Under the pieces are notes generated by a model. The model worked only from the letters and a program-made list of their open reading frames with translations, did no database searches and was not told the origin of the DNA. A program made the translations under genes and the position numbers. DNA of 64,000 nucleotides from Takakia lepidozioides (taxonomy: Eukaryota; Plantae; Bryophyta), in contig CM060733.1 of assembly GCA_030704615.1 (NCBI GenBank), forward strand, positions 44,330,001-44,394,000, written 5' to 3'. Below are positions 24,566 through 36,525 of the stretch, piece by piece (positions within the stretch are counted from its first letter, which is position 1; each line of letters starts with the position of its first letter).

Positions 24566-27199
24566 TCACCAGTAATCCCCACAAGAACAAACCCCATCTT
24601 CAAAGTGGTGAAAGCGGTTAGCGTCCCGTACAACAATTGCTCGGCCAGCAATCTTTGAGATGAACTTGGTGGAGGTGTGGCAGTCACCACACACTCGAAG
24701 ATTCTTAATGAGACGGAGGGGCGTCCTAGGGACCGTGCTGATCAGCCCAAAACCAATGGCCAGCTTCTCACTGTGGTGGCACAGAGAAAATTCCTTTTGC
24801 TCCTCCCCCACATCATGCAATACACAGCGTGTGTCAGGCACATACCCTGCCTCCTTCATCTGTCCAGACAATCTTCTCAGCTCAGCATGGATTTCCTTGA
24901 TTTTGGGATGCAACTTGTCATCTACCAAAAAGGTGTGCACCCTGTTGCCAACCTCAATGCAGCAGCGACCTGGCTCCTTCCTAGCCCCTCTGACCTCCAT
25001 CATTTTTCTCACCTTTGCACTATCGTCCCACCTGCCAGCCGCAGCATAGATGTTTGATAGCAACACATAAGTCGCGGCATCCTGTTCATCCCACTTGAGA
25101 AGAGATGTTGCCGCACGTTCAGCCATCTCCACATTGCCATGGATTCTGCAGGCACCAAGCAAGGCCTTCCACACCACAGCATCTGGCTTGATTGGCATTC
25201 TGTTAATGAGGTCCTCTGCCTCATCCAATCGCCCTGCACGTCCAAGAAGGTCTACCATGCAGCCAAAGTGTTTTACTGTTGGTGGGACACCATGATCTTG
25301 TATCAGGGAATCAAAGTAGCGTCTTCCTTCATCCAGTAGGCCAACGTGGCTGCACGTAGAGAGAATGCATATTAAGGTGATACTGTCCGCCTTCAGCCCT
25401 TCCTTTTGCATTCCTTCAAATAGTTGCAGGGCCTCCCAATGACAACCATGCTGGGCATATCCTGCAATCATCACGTTCCAGGACACCACATTACGTTTTG
25501 CCATTTTGTCAAACACACCCTTTGCATCCTCAATGCTTCCACATTTGGCATACATGTCCACCAGGGCAGTGTTCAGAATGACATCTGGTACAATTCCAGC
25601 TTTGATGATGTCACCATGGACCTCTTTGCCCTTTTGCAGGGCTGCCAGGCTCGCACACGCATTGCAAACGCAAACAAATGTGATGTGGTCGGGCTTCATC
25701 CCTTCCTGCATCATCTGCTCATAGGTCTCCAAAGCCTCCATCCCACGCCCCTGCTGTGCATATCCTGCGATCAACGTGCTCCACGACACCACATCTTGTT
25801 CAGCCATATTGTCGAACACTCTCTTTGCATCTTCAATGCTCCCACATTTGGCATACATGTCCACCAGGGTATTGTTCAGAATGACATCTGGTACAATTCC
25901 AGCTTTGAGAATGTCACCATGCACCTCTTTGCCCTTTTCCAGGGCTGCCAGGCTCGCACACGCATTGCAAACGCAAACAAATGTGATGTGGTTGGGCTTC
26001 ACCCCTTCCTGCAGCATTTGCTCATAGATCTCCAAAGCCTCCATCCCGCGCCCCTTCTGTGCATATCCCGCAATCATCGCGCTCCACGACACCACATCTC
26101 GTTCAGCAATATTGTCGAACACTCCCTTTGCATCTCCAATGCTCCCACATTTGGCATACATGTCAACCAGGGCAGTGTTCAGAACTACGTCTGGTACAAT
26201 TCCAGCTTGAATGATGTCACCATGGACCTCTCTGCCCTTTTCCAGGGCTGCCAGGCTCGCACACGCATTGCAAATGCAAACAAATGTGACGTGGTTGGGT
26301 TTCACCGCTTCCCGCATCATTTGCTCATAGGTCTCCAAAGCCTCCATACCGCGCCCCTGCCGTACATATCCTGTGATCATTGTGTTCCACGACACCACAT
26401 CTCGTTCAGCCATATTGTTGAACACTCCCGTTGCATCCTGGATGCACCCACATTTGGCATACATGTCCACGAGGGTATTGTTCAGAATGACATCTGGTAC
26501 AATTCCCGCTTTGATGATGTCACTGTGGATCTCTTTGCCCTTTTCCAGGGCTGCCAGGCTCGCACATGCATTGCAAATGCAAACAAATGTGACGTGGTCA
26601 GGCTTCACCCCTTCCCGCATCATTCGCTCATATGTCTCCAAAGCACTCCTACGATACCCATGCTTGATAAATCCTGCAATCATTATATTCCACGTGATTG
26701 AAAATCGTTGAGGCATTCTGTTGAACACTTGGTGAGCATCCACAATACTCCCACACTTAACATACATGTTGACAAGGGTGTTGTGTAGAAAAACGTTTGG
26801 CTTGAATCCACTTTGGATAATGTGAGCGTGCACCTGCTTTCCAGCTTCCAGGCCTTTCATCTTGATGCACTTATGCAAGAGACAGACATAAGTATCTGAA
26901 TCTGCTGAAATGCCTCCTTTGTTTAATGTCTTTAGAGCCTCTTTCAGTCGCCCTGCCTCACATAGCATCCTCACATGCCCAGAAGTGCCAGAAGAGGCAT
27001 TGAGGACTCCCTCTCTTGGTCCTCTTTTGGAAGCTGTGGTCATGGTCGAGATGCCCGATTTTATCACCTGTGCTGCTGCTGCTGCTGCTTCAAGTTGACC
27101 ATCTACCCATGCAGGTTTCTTATGGCTATCAATCCACAGGGAATCATAGGTAATCTTGTGCTTGAAATCCGGCCCTTTTGGATGAATCTGGACCCACAC
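24566..27199 (-). CDS. PLS-DYW pentatricopeptide repeat protein, C-to-U RNA editing factor
   Basis: Intronless 877-codon ORF with repeated L-S-P triplets, then P2-L2-S2-E1-E2, a PG box (KEPGRCCIEV), HSEKLA, CGDCH and C-terminal DYW. The track start is GTG; the first ATG is at 27043. Confidence 0.95.
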   Translation of the reverse strand: MWVQIHPKGPDFKHKITYDSLWIDSHKKPAWVDGQLEAAAAAAQVIKSGISTMTTASKRGPREGVLNASSGTSGHVRMLCEAGRLKEALKTLNKGGISADSDTYVCLLHKCIKMKGLEAGKQVHAHIIQSGFKPNVFLHNTLVNMYVKCGSIVDAHQVFNRMPQRFSITWNIMIAGFIKHGYRRSALETYERMMREGVKPDHVTFVCICNACASLAALEKGKEIHSDIIKAGIVPDVILNNTLVDMYAKCGCIQDATGVFNNMAERDVVSWNTMITGYVRQGRGMEALETYEQMMREAVKPNHVTFVCICNACASLAALEKGREVHGDIIQAGIVPDVVLNTALVDMYAKCGSIGDAKGVFDNIAERDVVSWSAMIAGYAQKGRGMEALEIYEQMLQEGVKPNHITFVCVCNACASLAALEKGKEVHGDILKAGIVPDVILNNTLVDMYAKCGSIEDAKRVFDNMAEQDVVSWSTLIAGYAQQGRGMEALETYEQMMQEGMKPDHITFVCVCNACASLAALQKGKEVHGDIIKAGIVPDVILNTALVDMYAKCGSIEDAKGVFDKMAKRNVVSWNVMIAGYAQHGCHWEALQLFEGMQKEGLKADSITLICILSTCSHVGLLDEGRRYFDSLIQDHGVPPTVKHFGCMVDLLGRAGRLDEAEDLINRMPIKPDAVVWKALLGACRIHGNVEMAERAATSLLKWDEQDAATYVLLSNIYAAAGRWDDSAKVRKMMEVRGARKEPGRCCIEVGNRVHTFLVDDKLHPKIKEIHAELRRLSGQMKEAGYVPDTRCVLHDVGEEQKEFSLCHHSEKLAIGFGLISTVPRTPLRLIKNLRVCGDCHTSTKFISKIAGRAIVVRDANRFHHFEDGVCSCGDYW

Positions 27200-29285
27200 T
27201 CTATCCTACTACATCAGCTATCAGGTATAGATCTGGCCTTCCTGCTAGCAGCTGACAATGACAGCCTAGATTTGTTCTAGCAAACACCATACCAGTAGGA
27301 CACCACACCCTAGTTCCGATGCTGAATTGCTTCCGAGACTTTGAAAATGTGCTTGGGAGAGAGAGAGATGACAATTTCCAACAAAGATTTGTAGTGCATC
27401 TCGTTGTCTGCTTCTCTAACAGGCATTCACCTTTTTCCCTCGATTGGCCCACCATTGACTGCGGTCGGAAAAATATTCATTCCAAAGCCTCTCCTCGTCT
27501 CCGTTATTTGTTTTTGGATACATTCCTGCTGCCACATGGGGAGTAACATGTGAAAATCACCCCAAACCATTATTGATCCACCCAACAAGCTTACCTACAG
27601 AATCCAACAGGAAAAAATTAGGGACGACTCTGTTATGAGGGCAACAGGCTGAAATGTGTTCAAGAAGAAGGTGCCCTCACCACATTGTCCTTGACCTCGT
27701 GTCATGAAAGCAGCTAGCTTTTCTTTCACCCATGGAGGATTCAACCGGCGGTCAACCCAAAAGGACCTCTTCTGTGTGCTTCGTGTGTCTGTAGTGAGGA
27801 GAACCACCACGGTGCAGCCAAATGGCTTTAAACTCGGCCTCCTAAGACCCAGGTGACCCGCCCAAGTACCTCGTAAACACCAGGAAAAATGCCAAATCAT
27901 CGCACTACCGGGGAGAGCAGGACGGACAAACTTCTTGACATCAGAAGAAGTCACACCTTGCGATTGTGGTTGTCCCACCATTTCGAAGGATCTGTAAAAA
28001 ACTCGGGTCAGCTATGCTCCATGCTCCGAAACAGACCTTTGTGCCCGACAATCCGGCATCATCAACATTTTGACAAGTTCCTTTATGGAGAAGTGCTAGT
28101 GAGCTTTCAAAAATTCATGCAGGCCCCATTGGACTGTACACAATGAGGAACATTCGAAAGCTCTGATTGCGACCCTCCCATTTGCGAGTCTCATAGCACC
28201 CCCTGGTAGTTTGCAATCGAGCGGTGATGAGGTGGGGGCAGCTGTTCTCGTGCACACCATCGCCTTCCAAATTTACTACATCTTTGATGCTATGGGGCTC
28301 TGAAACATTTTCAGCATGTGTCTGCCACAGCTGTATTGAAGTTCTCCTTCTGCCGGGTACCTAGAGAGTCCACGGTCCAGAAACCAATTTGGTTTTGCAT
28401 AGAAGACATTCACCGATCTGTGAAGGGTATTGTTCTGCTGGTCCAACCATCGTCACCACCGAACATTTGGCCAGTGAAGGTGGGAACCAACCTTATACTG
28501 CAAGAAATGGCAAGCCTGGAAGGAGGATTTTGCCTGGCCAAATGTGCGTGGGATCTTTAGAGAGAATTTCAGTTGGCACATGAGAGCTTCATCAACAAAA
28601 CAAACAAGAAACATACACCTAGCATTTTGTCCTGCAAGGCGGCCTTGTGAAGGCTTTGAATGCCTGATGTGAATTTAAAGTTCAAAAGGCTTTCATACAG
28701 GATATACATCACGACAGCAACTTGGATTAAGTGAAGTCATATGCTAGCATAATAGGTCAGTCGATGCATCATTCCATGTAGATAAAAAAGATCACAACTA
28801 AAACTCCAAAGAAAAAATGAAGGATGGGGTGTACTAGAAGAATGGTTCACAACATGTACAAAACAAAAAGTAAGCATGCACAAGAGAAGATTGCAAGTCT
28901 TCATGGATCTATCCATTGAGAGTTTGCATCATACATAGATTGAAGGGGTTTTTACCCACCAAAGTATACAAGACTCATCCCAAAAATTGTCCAAGTACTT
29001 GTGCAGCCATCAACAATCCAATTACACAAAATTGAGTTGATGCACGCTACAAAACTGTTTGTTACAGGCCTCAAGTTTCCACGGGAGTAAGATGACTTGA
29101 AAGAATCAAGTATATGCACAGCTTCATCTTATTTGTATGAGAGCTTAGTAGGTGGAATAATTCAATGTACACATATGACTTTCACTTACGAGACCATGCC
29201 ACCAGGGGGACTCTTTGGTCCAGCCCACAATGGAGTCAATGTACAAAATATAGGAACATGAAATGTCATGTTCTGTGGAGAAGTA

Positions 29286-32200
29286 TCAAGAAGCCAACTG
29301 CCGTTTGGCACTGGAGAGGCGACGCCCACGCTCCTTTTTCCGCAGTAGGCATTCCCCACACCAACTTGAAAAGTCACGCTGGTACTTCTTCAACTCCCGA
29401 AACTCAGAGCTGCCACACACAATGTAAATTACCAAACGTGAGATGCAGATATGCTATCCAGAAAACAAACTGCAACGCAGCTTGAATTTTGCACTAAGGG
29501 CCTCTTTACACCATGCCCAAGAGATATGCCTGATTACACGTGGAAGGCTGGATTGGCTTTACACTACTGCAAATTGTGTGGAGTTTCATTCTGAGTTGGC
29601 ATCTACATGGCGCACTATAGTCCATGTGGCATGGGCACTTCCCCAATATGTAGGAAGCACACCAGAGCACTTCCTATGTCTTCCTAAGTTTCGGGAACTG
29701 CCCGATTTGCTACCATCCAAGCAGCGCGCTGGAAGTTAATGCACCTGCTAAGTACACTTTTTAACGTGATTAATGCACAAGGAATAATGAGGAGAGGAAG
29801 AAATATTGGGGTGTATATAACATTTTAACAAAAACAGGTAAAACCTACTGTATGTTGCAAACTTAGAGAAAAGGTTAGCCCAATACGGCAATGTGTAAAG
29901 AGGCCCAAGGCATTGTTTGTTTATTTGTCTTCTAAGCTGGACTCCAATCAATTCAGACAACACAGATGGCTCACCTACGACACCAAAGGATCAAGTTGGT
30001 ACGTTGACCCGCAGTAATGGCCTTGGCACCATGACGATGGCGCCCTGCGTGCAATATAGCATGCCCTGGTACATGTGAATACTCCAATACCTCCTGCCAT
30101 CGGACATGTGTCAAGGATGGACATACTCTTCATACATAGATGTACCGCTTGTCATAATACAGAGTGATAGATGATCAACTTCAAAATGCCACCATGAACT
30201 TCCGGCTATGATCAACATTGTCAAAGACTCCCAGGAAGACTCTCACCTCTGGGCGTGCCTCTCCATTTACGTGCTTGTCGCAGCGAACACCACGGAAAAA
30301 GAGCTCCCCGCCCTCAAATTCCTTCCCCAGGCACACATTTAGTGTAACCTCCGCATCATCAACATGGAAGCCTGTCAAACCCAAGCAACATCAACCTTCA
30401 AGAACTAGCGGGACACAGCGCGAGCAGCAAAATACTGTTACTCATATGGATATTTAGAATGTACTCATAAGACGTTGTTTGCCGTAGCCTTGTGGCCATT
30501 GACCCGCGCCCAGTTTGAGCGGAAACCAAAGGGACAGAATCTACCTCCGTCAGGGGCTGACATTGGTAGTAAGACTTACCTTTATAAATAGAATTAATTC
30601 GGGTTTTCCAGATATCCTCTAGAAATCCCTTCACACTAGCATCAATCTGCTGTGTGTGATTTGCCCAAAAACTAGGCCTCAGGAGGGCCTGGGCTTTTGG
30701 CTCAGCCTCGAGACTTTCAAAGTTGGTAAACAGAGGTACAGGCACAATTCTCTTGATAGATTCGAGGAGAGCTTCTCTCTGGTGAGAGTACCCCGGACAG
30801 TGAATCAGAAAACGAATATTGTCTTCGGGTTGCCCACACAACGGGCAATTGCACTCTCCCTTTCCACTCTGCTTCGGTTTACTGTTCAAAGGTAGGCTTC
30901 CTGCCCTGAGTTTAGATTTCAGTCTGGTGCCGAGAGTGGGTAGACCCTTGAGGTCATCCATGATATCCTCCCCCATGTCACAGACTGGAAACAGGTTCAG
31001 GGAAGTTTTCTGCCTAACTTCATTTGCATCAGACAATTTGCTGGTAACATACATGGCTTTGGACACTACAGTCTCTAAGTCAGATTTATCCAGCAAGGTC
31101 AAGACTTGCGGGTCCAGATTCAGATCCTTGAGAATCTCTTCTACTCTCTTCTGCCAGGACTTAGCCTGTTTGACAGGGCGGTCCTGTTTCCAAGATATAG
31201 AGTCGATTAACTTAGGGTATCTGGTGTTGGACATGTGTTGCAACTGACCCCACCATCTGACCTTAATTCATCTCATCGGGAGCTTAAGGAAGGGATGCCA
31301 AACTCACCCCAAACAGCAACATTGGCTGTTTTGGAGCATGCTGACATGCACTCCTTAAGCACCCCCACTTGAATGGATTTTAGAGACTTAGCCTGGTTGG
31401 AGTTATCAACCCATATAGCAGATCCGTACTCCAAGGCAGGTCTAATAACAAGTCTTGACCTCAAAGTCAATCCCTCTGCAGTGAAAAAATTTAGTGAGAC
31501 TCAGCGCAGTTTGAACAACTTTCTGGATGTGTGCATCTGAGTTACAGTTGGAGGAAAACTCAACGCCCAGGTATGTGTAGGAAGGGAGGACTGGGATCTC
31601 TTGGCTACCCCACTGCCACTTAAGATCACTTCCTCCCTCTCCTCTGTCGTTGAATGCCACCACTGCACATTTACTGACATTAGCCTCTAGCCCCCAAAGA
31701 TCAAAGTATCTCTTTGCGCAATCAATTCCTGGAGGTTGGAAGGAGTCTCCCCTATGCCTGCGAAGTCGTCCGCAAACATCAGGGCTGGAATGGTGGCATC
31801 ACCCACCCTTAACCCAAATCCCTCACGTTCCACATCCTCGAGGAGTTGATTGATGAAAACATTGAAGAGCAGAGGGGAGAGGGTACATCCTTGAGCTACA
31901 CATTGGTCTATGTCAAAGAAGTTAGACTTCTGTTCATTAACAGTGACACAGCTTTTGGTGTGGGCATACAAGTTATGGACAACTCTACACATTTTTCCCT
32001 TGATTCCGCAAGACCAGAGGCGGAGCCATAGACCATCTCTCCACACTGTGTCATAAGCCTTTTTGACATCCAAGAAAAAAACATAAGTGGGTTTCCCTTC
32101 TTTTTTCCTTCCCTGGATAATCTGGCTTAGAGTGAAGATATGGTCCACACAGCCCCTGTTTCGCCGAAAGCCAGCTTGGCCTTCGTGAAAACAACCTCTA

Positions 32201-35200
32201 GATTCCAGATCAACCTCGAGACGAGTACTTATAACTCTGCAAAATATCTTGCCAACAGCATTGAGGAGCGTGATGCCACGATAGTTCCCCGGGTCTTCTC
32301 TGTCACCCTTCTTATACAGATTGACAATGACCCCCTGTCGCCAGCGAAAGGGGATCATTTCAGTCTTCCAGATAAGGTTAAAGAGGAGAACTAGGGCCTC
32401 TATCATGGGATCGCCACCGTGCTTGATAAGCTCGTTGACTATGCCATCAGGACCACCTGCTTTATATCCATTTAGATGTTCAATTGCTTCCACAATCTCA
32501 GAAGAACTAATGGGAGCGTTGTAGGCTTTTGAAATATACTCCAGTTCATCAGGGCTGTTTTGAATCATAGGAACAGTTTTACCAACTGTGTCCTTCCATT
32601 CATCAGAGGACCCCTCACTGGTAGACCTAGAAGTTCTGCCAAGGATATTGTAGTGGGTTTCAAAGGTTTTGACAATGTCAACCGATGAAGTTACCACTGC
32701 ACCCTTAGTAGTCTTCAGCGCTTGTGGATATTTAGAAACAGCACACATGAAAACCGACTTCCACACCATACATAATCTCCACACCAACAAGCTTAAAAAA
32801 GGGTTTCAAATTGTTGCTGTAGAAAAGACTGACTGAAGGAGCATGGGTAGAAGGAAAACAGAAGTGAAACATGATGATCACTCACCGAGATCAAGATCGC
32901 GGTCCATGGCGTATTCTACCACAAAACCATGGTGTGTATCCAGAGACGACCCACCAACGTTCAGAAACAAAACTGCAATGTGTCAAGACAAGGCAGCCCT
33001 CAGTGAAAAGGGCGCAGAGACACAATGACTACTGACAAATAGATAATACAGCCACAAGACCAGGGCAACAGATGCAAGAATCCAAACTGCTACAGAAAAG
33101 GTTAAGTGGGGAGGTGAAGCACCAGCTGCTATAGGGTTAAGGTAGCCGATCATGAGATCTTGCAACATGGTCTCCATGCCAATGTCATCAAGCACTGCAC
33201 CATAGTTGTTCATCGTGTTGGGATGCATCACCTTCACTTTTGCCTCCTGGGCCCACCTCTCAAAGTGCTCCACCTGCGTACGGTACAACCAACCCATGTT
33301 ACCATTATTATGTCTCTGAGTGTGTCCTCCAAGGTCTGCATACTGACTCTGATATTACAGCCACATATAATATTCTTTTTCATGTCCTGGAGTCTATGTG
33401 CTAGCCATAACATACTGATCAGGACCATACCTCCTCCAACATCATGGAGCAAAACGAGGGTTTCAGCATATCGAAAGTGAAAACTCCTGGTGAATGCTCT
33501 GTCAATATCTCCCGCAGTGCAGCCTCTGATCCATCCTTCACAGCATCCAAGAACGAATTCACAAAGAAGTGCTCCGGATCCAGGGAGTAGAGCTCATCAT
33601 GCAGGGGCTGCAGAGTCAAACCTTTTCTTCAATTGTTGTGTCACAGAAGTCAAGAAAGCAAGTTACATCTATCTTTGTTTAACTGTGTCTGTTACTCTGA
33701 CCAATGCGAGCATTTTGGAAATGATAGTTCCCTTGCAACCATGCATAACACTCTCTGACTCTACATCCATCCTACACATACGCAAGTAACTTATGAACCA
33801 GAAATAAGGGGACCCACCAACCTGATAATTGTGTCGTATTCTCTCTCTGTACTCCCGGTGTTTCTGCAGGCACATATAACACCCGCCACCGCCTATTTCA
33901 CATTGTTCATCGATCCCCTTAAAACCAGACAGATTTGTGAGGTAAAATAAAACATACCTTACACTCTCCCTTTCTCAAAAGCAAAGCTAGCAGCAGGATT
34001 AGGAAAGCTCAATTATTATGGACCAACAGATGCTCTGACAAGGTACATAGCGATCTACTTGATCTTTGCAGATTTTCCTGTAAGTTTCGCATCAACATTT
34101 TCAATATGTAAACTCCACAACTTTAGGAGCTCTCTGGCACTTGCAAAGGAATTCTGGAGCTCCCACATCGCCACTCATAAGGCCCTCAGAAAAGAAACCT
34201 TTATATGGTCTCAAGATTGTTCAAAGTAGATTACTATTCTTGCAAAAGTCCACTTGGATTAATCTTTCACCAATTACTTCAAATACTGTATAAAGCACCA
34301 ATTGGAGGACCAACAGGCAATCATTCATAAACACAAGAAAGTCAATGCATGTTCATACACTCAAGCTGTTAGACCTCACACCTCACAGTCAAATAGCTAA
34401 AGACAGTAAGCATTAGAATCAGACACAAAAGTTTAGTGATTCCCTTGGCTCTCGAGCTGCATATACTAGGGTTAGGTCATTGCCAGCTTTTGGTGCAATG
34501 AAATAGACCCCAACAATAACCAAGCTCTTGGTTAAACCTCTTGATATGTACAAGGAGGCCCTTCAGATAAGACCTTGTGTTAAGGCAGAAAATTGAGCAA
34601 AAACCAAGTTGTTAAGTCTATGCAGAAAACTGCTCAGCCCACATTGCACTACCGATGTACACGTAGGTGTGTGCAACAAGGCTCGTGGAAAATTCTTTTG
34701 TGAAATAGAAATCCCGTAAAGCACTGAGCAAAAACGAAGAGGCCATGTCTTCAAAGGCTTCTCAGTAACAATATATCCTGACAAAAATGCCTCTGTTTTG
34801 TGAAAGAACCTATACCCTTCTCTTGTCCATGCTTGGAGTATACCTTCTCTCTGTTTCTGTTTCGCGCTTATTTCTTATGTTCAGACAGTATATACAACCA
34901 TTCAGTGGAAAGTAACTTAATTTTCAGCAATTAGGGCTTACCTTTGCACGCTCGCCATTGGGCCGATACTTTGCTAAAATGCGCTCAAGCAAAGCTAGCT
35001 TCTTCTCGCGTGAGGCACTCAGGTGATCTGAGGGTAGGTGCTGCTCCATCACGCTGTATAAGGTAGCTGGATATTCCAAATCCTCCATATCTTCGTAGCT
35101 CTCTGAAAGATGCCCTGTATTTGGGGACCTTTGCAGTCTAGGCACGCATTCCCCATCTCTTGCTGAGACATCTTCACGGGACGGTCTGCGGGCAAGGGAG

Positions 35201-35280
35201 GGTTGTCCATTACTGCTGGGAGGCTTCAACCTCTTCCTGCTACTGAAAGATTCCGTCGCTGTGGATGCTGATTCTTTCAT
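29286..35280 (-). CDS. 2OG-Fe(II) dioxygenase of the ICU11/CP2 (CUPULIFORMIS, PKHD-type hydroxylase) family, about 8 exons
   Basis: Exons: 35280-34942, ~33863-33822, 33607-33431, 33273-33123 (HPNTMNNYGAVLDD), 32972-32886 (LDTHHGFVVEY), 30371-30247 (FHVDDAEVTLNVCLG, HxD motif), 30093-29975 (HAGRHRHGA...RTNLILWCR), 29409-29286. The last exon end is uncertain. Confidence 0.88.
30456..32790 (-). mobile_element. 5'-truncated non-LTR retrotransposon (RTE/RTEX-like LINE) inside an intron of the dioxygenase gene
   Basis: RT motifs GNYRGITLL, QAGFRRNRGC, FLDVKKAYD, QGCTLSPLLF and FADD (31687-32790), YLGV and RPALEYGS (31273-31663), and C-terminal CPLC...HCP (30398-31243). Frameshifted, with no endonuclease domain seen. 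Confidence 0.9.
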
Positions 35281-36525
35281 CCTCCCATGCACCACTTCAC
35301 AGACTGCGAGAGGACAGATTACAAACAATGTCGATCACCGGAGGCGAGGAGGCGGCGGCAAGACAGAAGGGATTGAAAAAGAATCGGGGAAAAAAGGGAA
35401 GCCCACACCTTGGCAATGCACCAGAAACATAATACTTGCTTTAAAAAAGGAGTAGTTTTGCCCACACATGCAGAAGGGACAATTTACGCCATACCTGCCA
35501 AGCTGGGATCGCACAAATGCAGAGAGAGATGAGAGGCAGCGTCAACACAAGTGCAGCCTCGCTACATTTTTACAAATCAACAAAGCGCTCTACGAGACCC
35601 TGTCCCTGAGTGATCAGCGATCACCTCCTCTGAAAAACCCTCTCTTTGATGCACGATCGCTCGCACAATCTGAGAAGACCCGAACGATTCTGCACTGCAC
35701 AGCATCTGTGCAGGTGCCATAGCATCATCTGCTGACCACACGCGTGATCTGCTCTCGTGGGCCATCCCCTGACCTAACACACGCCTATAGGTCCCACCTT
35801 TGGTCTACCGAGCGCCTATAGGACCTCCTTCCACGGAAATACAGCTCACTGATCGCCTATAGGGGGTGATTGCCTGTAGGCCCCCTTTCCATGGCATTTC
35901 TCGAGAATTGTAGAGCTTACAATTAGTTCGCTGGTGAAATTCAACAGAATGTTGTTTGAGTGTAGAATGTAGAGCTGAGGTGAAATATTTTACACGCGTG
36001 CGTAGTTATGCTCTTGCTGATTTGATATGCGGAATGAGCCGCGTTTTGCTTGCGAAATTTATGCATCCATACCTTGATGATGATTTTCAATTTGATTCAA
36101 CAAATCTGGCTTTTCAATTCAATCAGTGGACATTTAGCCTAGTTCAATAGGTGGTCAAGCATTACTCACTAGTCAGGGAGTCATTGGCCAGCAATTTGGA
36201 GGATTTTGATCCTGCACCTCATCTTCACCACTCAGTCAAGCTTACGTATTCACCTCAACTTGCTACAGTCTAGCTTTAGAATCATCTAATAGTAGTGATA
36301 TTATGTACAGCAAATGAGGTCTGCCGAAGCTGCATTCATTCATTCACTCAGTCACTGGCTCAACCAGGCTATTGGCTAGCTCTTCAGAGTTAACAACAAA
36401 AGCACTGCATAAGTGGGGAATCATCTGTGGTGGAAACAGGGAGGCATTAGTGTGAGGCAGACCCAATTGAGGTCTCCCTTTCCATGTTTTGCCATAGCAA
36501 GAGTCTGATGAGGCGCAACAATGAT

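Noticed and set aside
25424-26701. 425-aa plus-strand ORF and similar ORFs at 167-640 and 9001-9411
   Set aside because: These are antisense shadows of the repetitive PPR coding sequence, with no independent evidence.
35782-35885. CRISPR-like array
   Set aside because: The repeats are only 10 bp with irregular spacing, in a eukaryotic context with no cas genes.
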